From Antedon mediterranea (lineage: Eukaryota > Animalia > Echinodermata): 64,000 nt of DNA. Positions 1-14,381 of the stretch are shown here, one piece after another (the first letter of the stretch is position 1; each line of letters starts with the position of its first letter). The stretch spans positions 6,402,422-6,466,421 of the forward strand of contig NC_092678.1 in assembly GCF_964355755.1 (NCBI RefSeq), written 5' to 3'. The notes beneath the pieces were generated by a model. It was given only the letters and a program-made list of their open reading frames with translations. It ran no database searches and was not told where the DNA came from. The translations under genes were made by a program, and so were the position numbers.

Positions 1-818
1 GTTCACTATTTCACGCTGTAGTGTTTTTCGTGCTATTTTAACCAATTACGCTCCTTAGCGCTGTCAAAATGGCTACCATCAGATCAATTATTTATACAGT
101 TATTTACAATTATATTTAATTTAATTATTTAGTTTAGTGACCTTTATGTTTTATTGATAAATAATTAATGAATAATAATAAATACACATATTTTAAAATG
201 GCATGTAGACTTTGACATTGTGCTACGATACATATTATATATTTACTTTTTCATATAACATGATAAAAGAGTAGATCTGGATGAAGTGTAATGTTAAAGT
301 ATACACAACATAGTGACTGCTATGTCGTATTATCAGTTTCATTTTTATTTAATTTGAATAGGCTAAAGGAAAATTTAACATAACATTTTAAAAAGTGCAT
401 TTTCTATGTTATGTACTCAACATGCATCAGTATCAATCATATAAAGATATAATATATGATTTATACATTTTTTCTAAATTTAAATATTTCTTACAGTATT
501 GATATTCAACCTTTAAAATGAAGAGACTACAATAACATTGAACAAGGCAAATATACATGATCTATTTGCATATGATCCTGATTGGATAATTGTCAAGTAT
601 GCTAGGCTAGTCGATAAATTAATGTGAAGGCTGTCTACATTGACATTATTCAGTAATATGATACCGTATAACGAGTAATGTCATAAGCTTTATGTAGCCT
701 GAGTTTGTGTACACTACAGAAGAGGTTGCCATTACTTCTATTGAGGCTCTACTATTCTGTCATTCTGTAGGTAATCCACAGGGGTCTGACAATTCATTCT
801 GTTCTCTGGCCAAGCTTA

Positions 819-1081
819 GGCCGTGTTTCCAAAGCAAAAAAAGTTCCTGTGGAAACGAGGTTTAACCAATTCCGGTCAAAAAAAATAACCGATAATTATC
901 ACAATCAAATCGGATAAATGCGATCATTTTTAAACTTTGACCTGAAGGACAAATTGTTGCGTTGTGATTGGGCAATTGGTTTTTCATCAGGAATTACTGA
1001 ATGCGCACTTTATTTTTTTATAATAATTATCTGATTGGTCAAAAAATTTACTGATTTTTGTTTTGCTGTGGAAACATGGCC
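819..1081. mobile_element. PIF/Harbinger-type MITE
   Basis: TIRs GGCCGTGTTTCCAAAGCAAAA and TTTTGCTGTGGAAACATGGCC, with TTA on both sides. Confidence 0.75.
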
Positions 1082-2319
1082 TTAGAAACATGTGCATGCT
1101 AAAAGGATATTGTCTGTTTTTCAAAAATGAAATGAATTACCGGTACACATAGCAAGTTGAGAATTCTGTTATATTGAAATATAGGACTTTCTCTATTCAT
1201 TGCATCTAAGAATGTACTGAGCAATTTATTTGAGTTGAGTCACCACTATGTGGTGTATGAACTAATAACCATAAACAAAGTAATTATTGTAGTAATTTTA
1301 CCACACAATTTTCACACACACTTAACATATTTATCTTGTGTAATGTGTTTATAAATTGCTGCTGCGGTAGTCTGTGAGTCACTAAGGTTTGAACAGTGAT
1401 AAGACCAAACTATACTCAAGAAAATACTGGTTAGTTGTACTGATTGTGTTTATTGTACATGTACACTAAATAAACAAGTCGTGCAGTATTCCTATTAATG
1501 TCCGATTGCAAAATTTCAATTCCTTAAAATTAAGGTTGTATATTATAAAAAAGTTCAGTATAAAATCATAATTCAATTTGGGAAAATTTCTTCATATGAT
1601 TAGTTCTTTTTTATCGTCCTAAAATATATATACCAACAAATCGTGCCTTAACTTTTAAGAAAATCATAAATATAATGATGACATCACAAAAGCTTTTTAA
1701 AATCTTATTAGTTATTATTTAATAGTTCTTTGTATTTTCTCTAAGCAGAAATATTAAATAGTATACCTTTTGCCACTCTCTACATTTCTCTAATTTGATC
1801 TAACTGTTTTTTTCTCTTGCTTCTTGTGATATTGTAGTCTTTCAAAACGTTTTCATAATTTTCCATTTTTATTGTTTATATTTGTAATTTGTAAGTGTTA
1901 ACTGGACTTCAAGGAAGAACAATGTACAAATATTGAATGAATATCCAGAATAAAGAAAGATTTCTATCTATCTATCTATCTATCTATTAACTTAATTTTT
2001 TTCTCCATTGATTTCTCAACTAATGAAATACAGTATTACTTGTTTTAAATATTGCTGTGAGTATTTTATAACTAGACCTATTAATTTTACCTTGCTTGGT
2101 GTTCTATAAAGGATTTTTACAACTTAAATCGCGATTCCCAGTGGAGATTTGTCTTAATGGTGGAGCCTAGCAGCTGTCTGTGAACTTCAAAGATCAATGG
2201 AAACTACTTTCAATATCAATGCTAGATAGTTAGAAATCATTGAATTAAGTAATGTACTAATAGTAGTAAAATTCCCTGTAATTATCTGGAAAAAAGGGAA
2301 CCAATAAAGATAGAACATC

Positions 2320-2783
2320 TATAGAGTATCACGGTGCTGACGTCACGACAGTAGGTGGCGCTTCGTGGTTGCTAGCGCACCCAAAAATTCGTTCAACCTG
2401 CCTGAGTGACTCAAAGGTCACCAATGGTTTGGAATAGGCTTATTGAAGTATAGTAGTCATTTTAAAACTTAATAATTTTCAATAAAAACAAACTAAAATT
2501 TCAAAAGATCACTAAATATTTGTTTTTATAATCTATTTATTCTTCAACTACAGTTTAAGTTAAAAAAAAATCAAGGTAAAGATACATAATAGATAGAAAT
2601 ACAGATCTTTACAGTTTATCAACATAGTAGCGCTGAACGCATTTTTTGGTTGGCTAGCAACCATGCAGCGCTCTCTATATATGACGTCACACTGTGATAC
2701 TCTATAAGATTGACAATTGTCACACAGTCAAGCAACCATGCAGCGCTCTCTATTGTTGTGACGTCACACCGTGATACTCTATA
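2320..2783. mobile_element. Foldback MITE with duplicated right terminus
   Basis: TATAGAGTATCACGGTG(C)TGACGTCAC at the left; its reverse complement ends at 2706 and again at 2783. Confidence 0.7.
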
Positions 2784-4251
2784 AGATTGACAATTGTCAC
2801 ACAGTCAAGCTGTTGTCTTCTTCTCATTCTATGTTTTTGTTGTCTATAGTAGAAATGTTGTGAATATGACAAATTACTGTATACATTTCCTGTGTACTGT
2901 CTGTAGGACACATCTTGTAGGTACCTCTGGTGTAGGCCTAATAGCACAGCTTAGAGTTTAAGTACCAACTTTAAAACTAAACCATGGCCACATTTTGTAT
3001 AATAAACTGTTTTGCTTACTTGATGTGATATGTATTTTTAGATTTAATAAATTGAAAATGTGTACTTTACTATCTTTTACGCCCCAGTGCCTTATAACAT
3101 GCAAGAATAGCAGCCAAGATGCAAGTCTATTCCCTTGTTGGTTAGCACTATAAATTGTGACTTGCTAGGTCAATTCATCTATTCCATAATATTGAGTTAA
3201 AAAACCTTATTAGCATTAATAATTCATAATTTATACATTAGAATATAAATATGTAATGGTTTACTTTAATTTAATCTTTAAATATACTAATGATATTGAT
3301 AATAATTAATATACTTATTTTTATAAATATTTAACTCATTTGTTAATAAAGTATGTGTTCAGTTAATATTCACCAACATAAAGTCGGTCAACTTGATAAT
3401 GCATTGCGGACATGAAACGTGCCACCCATTATTAAGTCCAGTTGCTTAGATTCAATTTATCTTAATACTTCAGTATACAGTATAGTTCTAACTAAGGTAT
3501 ACCTACAGTGTAATTATATATGTTTTGGTGTATTATGTTTCATATTGGGTATAATAATATTAATAATTGATATCAATTATAAAATATGAGTCTATTGTAT
3601 CAGAGTAACAAAATGCACTGATATGATTCTGGGAATGCAAAATTTGTTTCCCTTGGTTGGTTCTGTGGCAACCAGCAATGAACATAGAGCAACTCAAAAT
3701 TAAAGGGTTGTTCCTCATAAGCAACCAAATAAAATCCAGTTTTTAAATATAACCGCAACAGTACAGCCCAATTAACAGACGTTTGATCATTTTGATCGCC
3801 ATGTATTTTTCGGCCACCAAGAAATTTAGGGGGCAATCACTACCCTTTATTAGCGCAACAACAAAAATCTGTGAGGCCTGACATTGATATTACAACCATT
3901 AAAATAACAGTGTTTTATAAAAGAGTTATGTATACAGATATAGAAAAATACTTTTCTAAAATTACGTAGGCCTAATAATTTTTTAAAACATAAAAAATAA
4001 GTGATATGAATTGAATAGCATCAGCAATGTATTGTAAATGTTCAAACTGTAAGATCTGACCCACTTGTAAGCTATAGAATCCACATATAGAATAACTTTA
4101 TTTCTATTTCTTGTAAGTGAGTCTCAAAACGAATGCCTGTCCTTAATCATTTGTGAACAGTTCTGCTTTCTGCTCTCTTAATTCTTATTTTACGTATCTG
4201 ACAAGATAATGTGTATTTACATTTTCTTGTCATTCTGATAATTTTATTTAA

Positions 4252-4399
4252 AGCTGTATTGCTACACTATCAAAGTAGTTTGACAAAAAAGTGTGATGTG
4301 CCTAAATATGGTAGTGATATGCCCAAATATGGTAGTGATATGACATAATCATGTCCATATGGGCACATTACATTTTTTGTCACAAAGTTGTAGAGAGCT
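4252..4399. mobile_element. Harbinger/Tourist-like ~150-bp MITE, family A (AGCTCTGTCTACACTATCAAACT termini)
   Basis: Diverged copy with core gatgtgcc..atatggtagtgatatg. Confidence 0.7.
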
Positions 4400-5360
4400 T
4401 AAGATATCTTTATTAACTTAATGCATCATTGTCTAAACAACATGTTATCAATATCATTGCACCAGTATTTCCTTTGTGCAGTCCTCACCATTCTTGCTGT
4501 AAAATATAGAATATAAAATAAATAATATGAATGTAATATGTAATATGAAATTTGTCATGCTCCATCGATTTTATAAAGGTAATATTTACCGAAGCAGAAT
4601 TCATTTGAATTATGAATGTCACTGTTAAAATTACGCCAGCCATTTCTCATTAGTATGTTTCTACAATTGTAGTATTAAACTTTATCATAAAATATTGTCT
4701 TTTACAAAATGAAAGTTAACAGGCTTGTTTATCACATTCAAGTTGCTATTGTACACATTAATAAACAAAAAAAATTAACCAACTATGACGCAGTTAAATC
4801 ATCCAGCTCGTGATATATTGCTGTGACATTTTGTGACCTTTGACACAAAGCCGTGAGGGATAGTTGTTATGAAACATGTATATTAACTATAATGTGGATT
4901 AATCGATGAGTTTAGGAAATTAATGTTTATATTACTGTATGTCGTTTAATTGATGCGTTTAGGAAATTATTGTCCAAATTAACATGAAATGATCGTACAA
5001 TATGATAAGGTTACTTGGGGAAAAGTTTACCACAACATTGTTTTCTTTCTAAAAAAGTTTTTAAGTGTTATGTGGCAACAAGAGGCAGTCTGACTAGTCT
5101 GTATCTGAGAGGTGCAAGCAAGATGCTTTCTTTCCTTCTCTCGAACTTGTAGGATAAGTTGTTGATCCATACGTACCGTGAAAACCTTGGCATGCTAAAC
5201 TTCACTGGCTGCCATTCTTCTTGGAAAACATCTTCATCTTTCAGTTATTAAACTGAGGACATTATATTATATTTTTTTCATTTCATTGTACAGTATGGTA
5301 GCCTGGTATGTCTGCAGTCAAATTTAGCTTTTGGATAAGTTATTTGGTTGGTTCGCTTAA

Positions 5361-5685
5361 GTTCTGGTTCAATTAGAGAGTCGGTAAGATAAAAGAGACA
5401 TCAATAATTAAAATTATCTGTGTCCAGCAGAAGATTTGTCTTCAGTTCAAGTTTTGGTTGAGTTAGAAAGTCGGTAGAGTGAAAGCGACGGCAATAATCA
5501 AATAAAATTATAAGTGTCCAGCAAAAGATAAGTCTAAAAGTTCTGGTTCAATTAGAGAGTCCGTAAGATGAAAGAGGCGCCAATAATCAAAATTATATGT
5601 GTCCAGCAGAAGATTTGTCTGTAGTTCTGGTTCAGTTAGATAGTCGGTTGGATGAAAGAGACACCAATAATCAAAATGATCGTGT
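5361..5685. repeat. Diverged tandem repeat, ~85-90 bp x about 4
   Basis: GTTCTGGTTCAATTAGAGAGTCGGTAAGAT...TGTCCAGCAGAAGATTTGTC recurs near 5361, 5450, 5540, 5623. Confidence 0.8.
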
Positions 5686-6146
5686 GCCCACTGCTTCAAT
5701 CTCTTGTGTATCATGGTTCTCAGAATTAAAGGTGCAGTAACTTGCTACCATAAAATAATATGTTTTGTGCATAGTTTTTATCTGATGAGATGTGAAGATA
5801 AAATAAGTACAAATCCCTAGTCATCTTAAAAGTTAAGTTTGTTTGTCAGCAGTAATTTTTAAGAAAACACTGGGGTATAATCACAATTTAATAGGGCTAT
5901 ACCACCTTGTATGCCTCATAAATTTTGAAGCCTATAGCTTTTCTGAACTATTAAACGTTGAAAGACATAACCTTTGTTGTTGGTAAAATGAGAATTTCTA
6001 TGACTTTGTTTTGTTATGGTTTCATCTTCAGCATAGGTATCTGCATCTGTTGTGTATTAGAATGTGAAGATAGTTTTATGGATGGAATAATGAGAGAGAT
6101 ACAAATTTATGACAGTGGCTGACATAAGTTCATCACTGTTTACTAT

Positions 6147-6160
6147 GTTGCCATGGAAAC
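6147..6160. promoter_or_regulatory. RFX X-box (GTTGCCATGGAAAC)
   Basis: Near-perfect match to the palindromic GTTGCCATGGCAAC consensus. Confidence 0.4.
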
Positions 6161-7026
6161 GTGGGTGTTAGAAGTATTTGAACTTTATTTGTTTCCCAGT
6201 AAACAGTGCTTGAGGGAGATTGTCTGATACACTCTCAGGTTTTTCACAGTAAAGTCTGTTATATACAAATATTAAAATTGTGTACATTCAAATTTTATCT
6301 CTTTTAGTTTACAATAGAATACCTTCTTTGGACACACCTATTTAGTCGACACCCCTATTAAGGGGACACTTTAAAGGGTCAATATAAACACAATGACCAA
6401 CACACAGGGCAGGGGGAAAAAGGAGACACTATTTGGGTTCCACAATTGTCCCTTTACTGTAGAGTTATATGCGTTTTGTTGCTTGATATCTTTTTTATAT
6501 GCATTTTTAAGTACAGTGATTACTGTCAATTAAAGTCATCAGTGGAAGTCATCTTCTAAATGCCAACTACTTTGTTTAAATTGATTGTTTTGTTTTGTTA
6601 AAGAAGGAATAATTAACTATTCTAAATGAATATACCTGTATTAAAATTTACCTACAGTATAGATAGCAACCATATCAATGCTACAGTAGATGCAATTCTT
6701 TGTGACACTCCTATTCAGGGGTCACTTTCCTGTGAATAGATATTGTAGCGCTAATTAATTAATTAACTAACTAATTGATTGTACCTTTATTTAATTTAAA
6801 TGATTCAGATAAACAAGTACTATATCATTATCAATCATTTTATAAAAAATTTTTTAAATGATGAATAAATTAATAAATTTCCATTAAATTTGTATCTTTC
6901 AGTTAAACAGATAGAAAGAAGAATAGAATTTACAGGTATTGCAATTTTCTTTCATTTTTATCTTGATGGTGGCACTGATATTATTTCTATTTGTTAAGTA
7001 TTTAAAAAAAGAAAATATGAAATATA

Positions 7027-7946
7027 CCGTATATTTCGGTGTATAAGACGCACCCCTAACTGAGAGTAAAATATCGGTATTTTTTATATCGTCGATGTAT
7101 AAGACGCACCTTATTTTTCATCAAAACAATGTTTTTTTAAATTGTAATCAATATTATTGTAATAATATATTTCGTTATATCTACAACGGCATCCTTTATT
7201 TAGGTTTTTTCATACCTAGGCTCGGCCGCGCCCAGCCTCAACAAGTTCTTTCTAACTTGTTATTCATGAGTTTCGCCGCAACATCGAGTGCATGACCGTG
7301 TGTGTAACACGTACTACGTGTGTGGGCTAGCCTCGCTCGATCATTTCGAGAGGGCGCACGTTTTCACGGACAATCGTATTCGAATAGTATCTATGTATCC
7401 GAGAAGTGTATACGCTAAGGCCATGCTATAATCAACTGGAGAATATACTAGTCGAATACTGTACACCATGTAGCCGCCAAGAAGGGCTTGCGCTAGGCTA
7501 GGGGTACGGCGGTCGTGCGTATAACTATAAATACACCATGTGGCCGCCAAGAAAGGGCTTGCGCTGGGCTGGGGGTACGGCGATCGTGCGTATAAATACT
7601 GTATAAATAAATACTATTCCAATCGTACGTAAACGTTTACAAATGAAATTTTATCAGAGCGCCATAATGAACAAATCTTTTCATCATATTTAGTATAACA
7701 TCATGCTAAAATGCCTTGAAAAATAGGCCGAAGCAGGTTGCCGTTACGTTACTAGTTTACTGTAGCTAGGCCTAGCCTAGCAGTTAGCAAACGAGGTGAC
7801 GATAGCCTAGCCTGCCTAGCTAGTAGTAGGCCTATCTATGTACAATCTGTGTGGTGAGGCATTTATGTTCGGTGTATAAGACGCACCCTTAATTTAGAGG
7901 TCAAATTTGCGTGTCAAAAGTGCGACTTATACACCGAAATATACGG
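7027..7946. mobile_element. Non-autonomous Tc1/mariner (Tc2/pogo-like) DNA transposon
   Basis: TA-CCGTATATTTCGGTGTATAAG...CTTATACACCGAAATATACGG-TA; internal repeats of TATAAGACGCACC; no transposase ORF. Confidence 0.85.
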
Positions 7947-8693
7947 TAATAGGATGTTTAATAAATAGTTTCAAATATAAGATGGTCAGATCCCATTTAT
8001 TTAAAATGACAGTATTTTATTTACATACAAATTGCAATCTATCACAATTTTTACTTCTTTTTGAATGAAACTATAGTATAAAATACTTTTTAGTTTCCAC
8101 TGGGAATTTCCCTAAGGGACACACAAGCTCCTATTTGGGAGAATTTGAGAAGCAAAGTTGAGAATTCAATTTTAACTTTGACAACTTTCACACTTTAAAA
8201 TGTTATTAATAATAAATTATAAGATAAAAATAGATTCTGAAATAGAACATTTAACATCTGTTTCTGTTTAGAAGTTTCACAAAATAAAATGTCATAATGC
8301 GTCATCTGGATGTACTGTTCCATTAACTTTGTTTAAAGATAGTCTTATGATTTGGTTTTAGTTAATAGATATTATACGCAAACTTAGAATCTATGTAGTA
8401 TAAACATTGAGATCCAATCATTTAATGTATATATTTATTCTGATCGTCAAGCTTAACTGGAAGCTGAGGAAATTCGGATTAGGCCCTCCACGGACCCACA
8501 GCAGTGCAGCGCCTACCAGACCAGCACACCGGGAGAAGATCCCCTATTCTTTTTGAATAGTGTACTAAGTTCTTTAATAATAATATGCACTATACTGTAG
8601 TACTGAATATAACAACATTTGTGAAACTCCAAATTCCATATTTATTAAACATTATCATTATTAAACACCTTTGGAACCGAACTAAGTATCTCA

Positions 8694-8970
8694 ATAATAA
8701 TAATAATAATAATAATAAACAGTATTTATATAGCGCCTAATGGATCACTGACCCCTCTAGGTGCTTTACATAGGACCTTAACTAATGGTAATAAACTATC
8801 CCCCACCGGACACCATTCCGGTATTTCTTAGTCGAGGTTTTGGGGATGGAGACAATCAATAATGTGAAAAAAAAAAAAATGTAACAAAGCTTAACTATGC
8901 TTAACTAAGGTAAAACTATCCCCCGCCGGACACCATCCCGGTATTTCTGAGTCAAGGTTTCGGGGCCAGA
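8694..8970 (-). mobile_element. LINE (L2-like) 3' end with (TTA)n tail and a duplicated ~60-bp block
   Basis: (AAT)n followed by TATTTATATAGCGCC; AAACTATCCCCC.CCGGACACCAT occurs twice. Confidence 0.5.
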
Positions 8971-11539
8971 ATTAAGAATAGAGAGTAAATGAAGCATGCA
9001 CAACTTAAGCTAGGGTTAAACTATGTTAATAACAGTGTCCGCCTATAAATAATGCAGGTTTGTCATAATGTTGAACATTATTGCATGTGAGAGTCTCCCA
9101 TATATGAATGTCTACTGTATCTATAATGTGAGAATAATGTAGAATGCTAGTGTAAAGATTAAGTATACTGTAAATTGGAACCAAATGAAAGTACATACAC
9201 AATTTTTGGCTAAAATAAAATACTGAATTGCCATATACACCCAAATATTATCTTTCTTGTCAATAGAAAAGATCTAATCGTATGGTAAATATTATTGTTT
9301 GGGAGATTTATACAGATTACAATATATCATTGACAAATAAAAATCACAAACTACTGTAATCCACAAGATGCGATCAAAACCTAAGAATTACTGTTGCGTG
9401 AAAATCAAGCCACTCAACTGGAAATCAAAACCTCCATCTATTATGCACCACTTTTGATCGGAGGTAATTCCAGCAAATTCATCTATTATAGATTTCAAAT
9501 AACTTTGCGAAACCTGTTATTATAAACCACTCAGAAATTTGTTTTTAAACTGAGCATGAGTGGTCGTCAATGGCCATGCTTCTAGACTGTTGTTCGTTAG
9601 AAACTCGATAACACCTAATCTTAACACTTGACGGTAAATACCTGGCCCACTTTCAACCCACCTGTTTTTGCTAGGCCTCAGTTTTCTTCCCATACCCTTT
9701 TATCTGTTTGTCTGTCAGGGCATTGATTGAGTATCGTAGGGTTTTGTTTATCCAGTAAAGTTCAAGAAGCTTGGGTTTTGGAAATTTCTAATTTCTGGAT
9801 TATTTATAGCGGTATAAACAGTGTTTTTTCTGAGGGTTTTTCTCATACTTGATGGATTTATGGAGAGGTTAGTAGGCTAGTTAAAACAAGGCTCTAGTTA
9901 CAGAATCTTATAGGCAATTTATGTAATGGAATATAAACATATGACTCAATAATTGGTGGAGTCTTTGGTCCTATTTCTGCTTCCAAAAACAAAAATTACA
10001 GTGTTAATAAATTACCCAAATATGGTACTGGTAGCAGAACAGGAACATTTTTCAATTTAATGGCAGAAGTGAAAATAATGTTTAAAAACATCCAATCGAT
10101 TTTTGGGTGTTACTTCGCCATTTAACTGGTTATTGCTGTGCAACTTTTATCAGTACATGAATGATTTAAAAATGAAAAGAAATGAAGAATTAATTTCCTG
10201 CCTATTTCAATTGAATGTAAACAAAATGATAACCGTTGTTTGGTGGCTAATTCATAAAATGTTTCACAAACAGACCCCAGTTCAGATAGTTTTCACATGT
10301 TCATATTTACATATTATTTAATTTTGCTGGAAAGTTGAGTTTTTGTTCTATCTAATTCATTACATATTAAAGTTATTCCAGTTTTCGCCATTTTTGAGTG
10401 GCAAATAGAGAAGTTACTATCGTTGCTCACTGAAAATTGAAAGCGAACAGGTAGGACGAAAGAATGTACTTGTATATCCTACCATTTTTGTTTGTTTGAC
10501 TTAAAGACTGTATGACACTTATAAATCCATTAATACTGGTGATGTCAAAAAACCGTTTAATTGAAGCATGTCAAAGGTCTTAAAAATAAGATTCAAGATA
10601 CCATAGTAAGCGGTTTATTTGTTTGCCTACAAGAAAGATGCTAAAAATTCCTCACAATATTCATTAATAAAGTTAAAGTATGTCCTATTTATTTTTTGTA
10701 GACTTCAGTAAGGAATTGATCCATCAGCTCTTTAAACTTCAATTACAACTTTGAAATACTAAAGTTTGTTAAAAACCGGAAAAATAAACCTTAATACAGT
10801 GATTGAGGTTAGATAAGTATGGAACGGCAAAATGTTGATGACCCAAGAATACCACCCATTATGTTGGAACTTTTAACTTTAAAAAAACTACTCATAAACA
10901 CAATATGGGCCCATAAAGCTAAAAACAATGTCATGTTCACAGATACCCAATATTCATAGTAAATAGAGTAACAAACAGGTTGATAACTGCAAGTCGGTTA
11001 AACAGAACAACTGTGCATCAGAAATAGGGAGATTTTGATTTGCGATGAACTAGGAACTTTTTTGGCAAATTATTCATTTCGTCTATTTTGTCCATCCAAG
11101 TCCAAATTGAGGATATTTTTTTTAGCCAATGTACACTAAAATAATTCAAAGTCTTTGCATTGACCTAGAACCGAACAAATTGGGTCAGACGACTTGACGT
11201 ATGCGAATAGTACCTTAACATGACGTCATACCATCTTCCTCTTCATAAACTTACTAATGTTTAATCAACTTGGTACACTGTAAAGAATATTTTTTAAAGA
11301 CTTCTGAAGAAAAGGTCATCGTCAGTGCCATAACTTCTTTATGTCCTCACAATGATCACTTTAATTAGGGATTATTTATTAGCCAATAATACCTTTAGTA
11401 AACAGCTTAGAAGTAATTACACAACAGGGGGTAGTCTTGAGCAGGTTATAATGAACCTTCTGCCATCAGGTAAAGAAGTATGCCTTTTGTTGATTTATTA
11501 ACTTGTTCTCCTAGGATTTTTTCTGTAATCTTTTATTAA

Positions 11540-11698
11540 AGCTCTGTCTACACTATCAAACTTTATGGGACAAAAAAATGTGATGTGCCCATATATGGAC
11601 ATGATGATGTCATTTCACTACCATATTTAAGCATATACCTACCATGTTTGGGTACAGTACATCACACACAAAACTAGTTTGATAGTGTAGATAGAGCT
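11540..11698. mobile_element. MITE family A, full copy
   Basis: TIRs AGCTCTGTCTACACTATCAAACT...AGTTTGATAGTGTAGATAGAGCT with TAA on both sides; further copies near 21278-21395, 32522-32661, 41556-41665, 45111-45237, 47860-47930, 48610-48690. Confidence 0.8.
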
Positions 11699-13000
11699 TA
11701 AAGAAAGGATTTTATTTTCAAATACAACTACCTTCTTGGAATTAATGTCGGATTAAAGTTAGAAGCTTTATACTCCTCTCGTCTTGACAGGAATTTTTTT
11801 TAAATTTCAAATGAAAAGTCTGGTTAAGATACACCTTGAACTTTCAAATATAGGTGGCGCTATGATACTTTTTCTCAAACAAATGTGTCAATCCCTCATG
11901 TTGTTCCCTTATTAAATAGAGTGTCACTTTTGAGAAACCTCCATGTGAAACGATCATGGGAATACAGTAGAACCTCTATTAATTTATAGTGGTGTCCCTT
12001 GAATATACGTATCGTTTATGTGTTAAAACATATAATTTTCCCTTGTTTGTTTTACAAAAAAGTGTCCCAAAATAGGAATTCTACTGTATATCCCATAATT
12101 GTTGGTTTTATGGGAAAGTGTCCCCTTAGGGGTGACCAAAATAAGGTGCTCTAATGTCGGTTTTAACCCTACAGTCTCCCTCCTATTCAATGTAAAGAGT
12201 TCCTTTTGAAATGTTTACACACTTTGGACACAACATGAGGTTTTTGGATTTTTTTTATAGTGTTATAATATACACTGTATGTTGCAGTTTATAAAGGGTC
12301 AAAGTGCATATGTACACTTGTATGTATGTTGCAGTTTATAAAGGGTCAAAGTGCATGTGATATCTGCCTAGTGTACATCAGTAATGTTTACATTATATAC
12401 TTACAAAAGTATGGCAAAGTTGCTTTATTTAATTAATGTATCAGGCAGTATGTTGTGGAGAAACAAACTGTAATTAAAGTTAACACATATTTATTACTTG
12501 TATATATTGGATGGCCCACGCATTATTCAAAGCTAATCGTTTACCGTTCTTTCTCCGCCGATCGTAAATCGTCTGCCGATTGTCTTTTTCATTTATTACT
12601 GTTTAAAAATAATTGCATTCTCATTGTAAATTGATTAAATGCAATAGTAATTCATGTTCTATGAATAAATTATTGCTCATATTGAATATTATCATTGATT
12701 TTAGATTGTGAAATGATATGTTTTTATACCTGGAAATAAAATATTAGTACAGTACAGTAATTTCAATTCAATTCAATTCAACTTTTATTTCAGACAATTG
12801 TCCATATGGTATAATACATTACGCAAAAAAAAAGATCAAGGAGAGAGGACCAAAACTTTTATCTATTGGTATATAATGCCTCTCTCCATTTGTAGTACAT
12901 AAATATTTATATTTACAAATTAACATTCTGTTCGCTTTTCATTATAATGAAAATAATGTATATTATTTTCTGAATTTAATACGGTGCATGGTTATAGCGA

Positions 13001-13304
13001 GTGTCCATATATAGCCATAATGATATCATATTACTACCATATTTGGTAATACCACCACCATATTTGGTAATACCACCACCATATTTGGTAATACCACTAC
13101 CATATTTGGTAATACCACCACCATATTTGGTAATACCACCACCATATTTGGTAATACCACCACCATATTTGGTAATACCACCACCATATTTGGTAATACC
13201 ACCACCATATTTGGTAATACCACCACCATATTTGGTAATACCACCACCATATTTGAACACATCACAGTTTTTTGTCAAACTAGTTTAATAGTGTAGACAG
13301 ATCT
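13001..13304. repeat. MITE family A copy with an internal 21-bp minisatellite (about 11 copies of CCATATTTGGTAATACCACCA)
   Basis: Array at 13032-13254 inside the MITE core and followed by the family TIR; explains the repetitive ORFs at 12976-13288. Confidence 0.9.
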
Positions 13305-14311
13305 TTAATCTACATTCATCACAGCCAAGCACCTGAAGATTGAGGTACTTCCCATGAAACAGCCTGCAATGCATTATCTTTGAATATGACTATGTAGCGT
13401 AGATTTTTTTTTAATATATAATCTACATGTATATATAGTATATATGTATTTGTTATATTTGCAATAATGTACACTAATTTGTTACTGAACTATGGAGAAT
13501 TTTTTTTTTCCGAAATAAAAGATGAATGAATGAATGAATATTTCTACTTTTTTCTTAACCAGACGTATTTTATATTAAAGTTGTTTTCTTTGACTTGAAA
13601 GTTTCTTGTTGAAATGCTTCTTTTATTTTTTGTATTACTTTCTGAAAACATGCCCTGTTGATTATAACTTTGCTAAGAAATGCACTCAAAACACATTTGG
13701 CATTATGCCTAACTATAATACAAAGATACATCCGGTTTATAATAAGACGTTTAGTATATTTTTTTCAGAAATATGTACAGTAATCACCTTTTGATAATTA
13801 GCAATTCTCTTGTGGTATTTGGACTATACTTTCGGTGTCGCCATTCATACTGTACAGAGATGGATTAAAGATACTCCAGGGATTCTGACCAATAAGATTG
13901 CAATTTGTCTGATGGCTAATTTCAGATGCAATATCAGTTTTTTTGTATTGTTTCAGTAATTCCAGTCTTCTAATTAAAGTTAATTCATAAATTCATCTTT
14001 TTAGAATATGTTTTATTATTTATTGTTAAAAAATTAATTAATATCAGTAGTAATTAATACCAGGTGGTTTATAATTTCTTCTGTATGGAAATGTTATGTA
14101 TTAATTTATATGAAAAACTATATTTAAGTTTTTGTATCAATATGCAGTCACATTTTCATCTGCCTGGGTTACCCGGATAAACCTATAATAGCCTGTTTTT
14201 TTTTTATTGAGGAGTGAGAATATTCATTGAACACCCCTCTACATAATAGTTTAATCACAAATCTAATAACTTTTTGTTTACAGATTTGATGCTGACAAAG
14301 TTGGTAATTTT

Positions 14312-14381
14312 ATGATGAGTTTTCAGCAAGCAATTGTCGCTTTGATCCTGTCCACCACACTTGCGGGAATAACACATGGTC
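14312..14381 (+). CDS. Nrg: L1/neuroglian exon: start codon and signal peptide MMSFQQAIVALILSTTLAGITHG
   Basis: Acceptor ttacag before 14284, hydrophobic leader, donor C|gtaagt (phase 1). Confidence 0.85.

Noticed and set aside
5068-5243. Open minus-strand frame (YVWINNLSYKFERRKE...) loosely like a transposase fragment
   Set aside because: No diagnostic residues, start codon or splice context; a profile search would be needed
12976-13288. Gly/Tyr- and Pro-rich repeat ORFs in three frames
   Set aside because: Product of the 21-bp array inside a MITE
1-14280. An additional protein-coding gene or the L1 transcription start
   Set aside because: Only repeats and isolated splice-like sites (e.g. 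near 9634 and 9868) were seen; no exon chain could be built, so the 5' UTR remains unlocated
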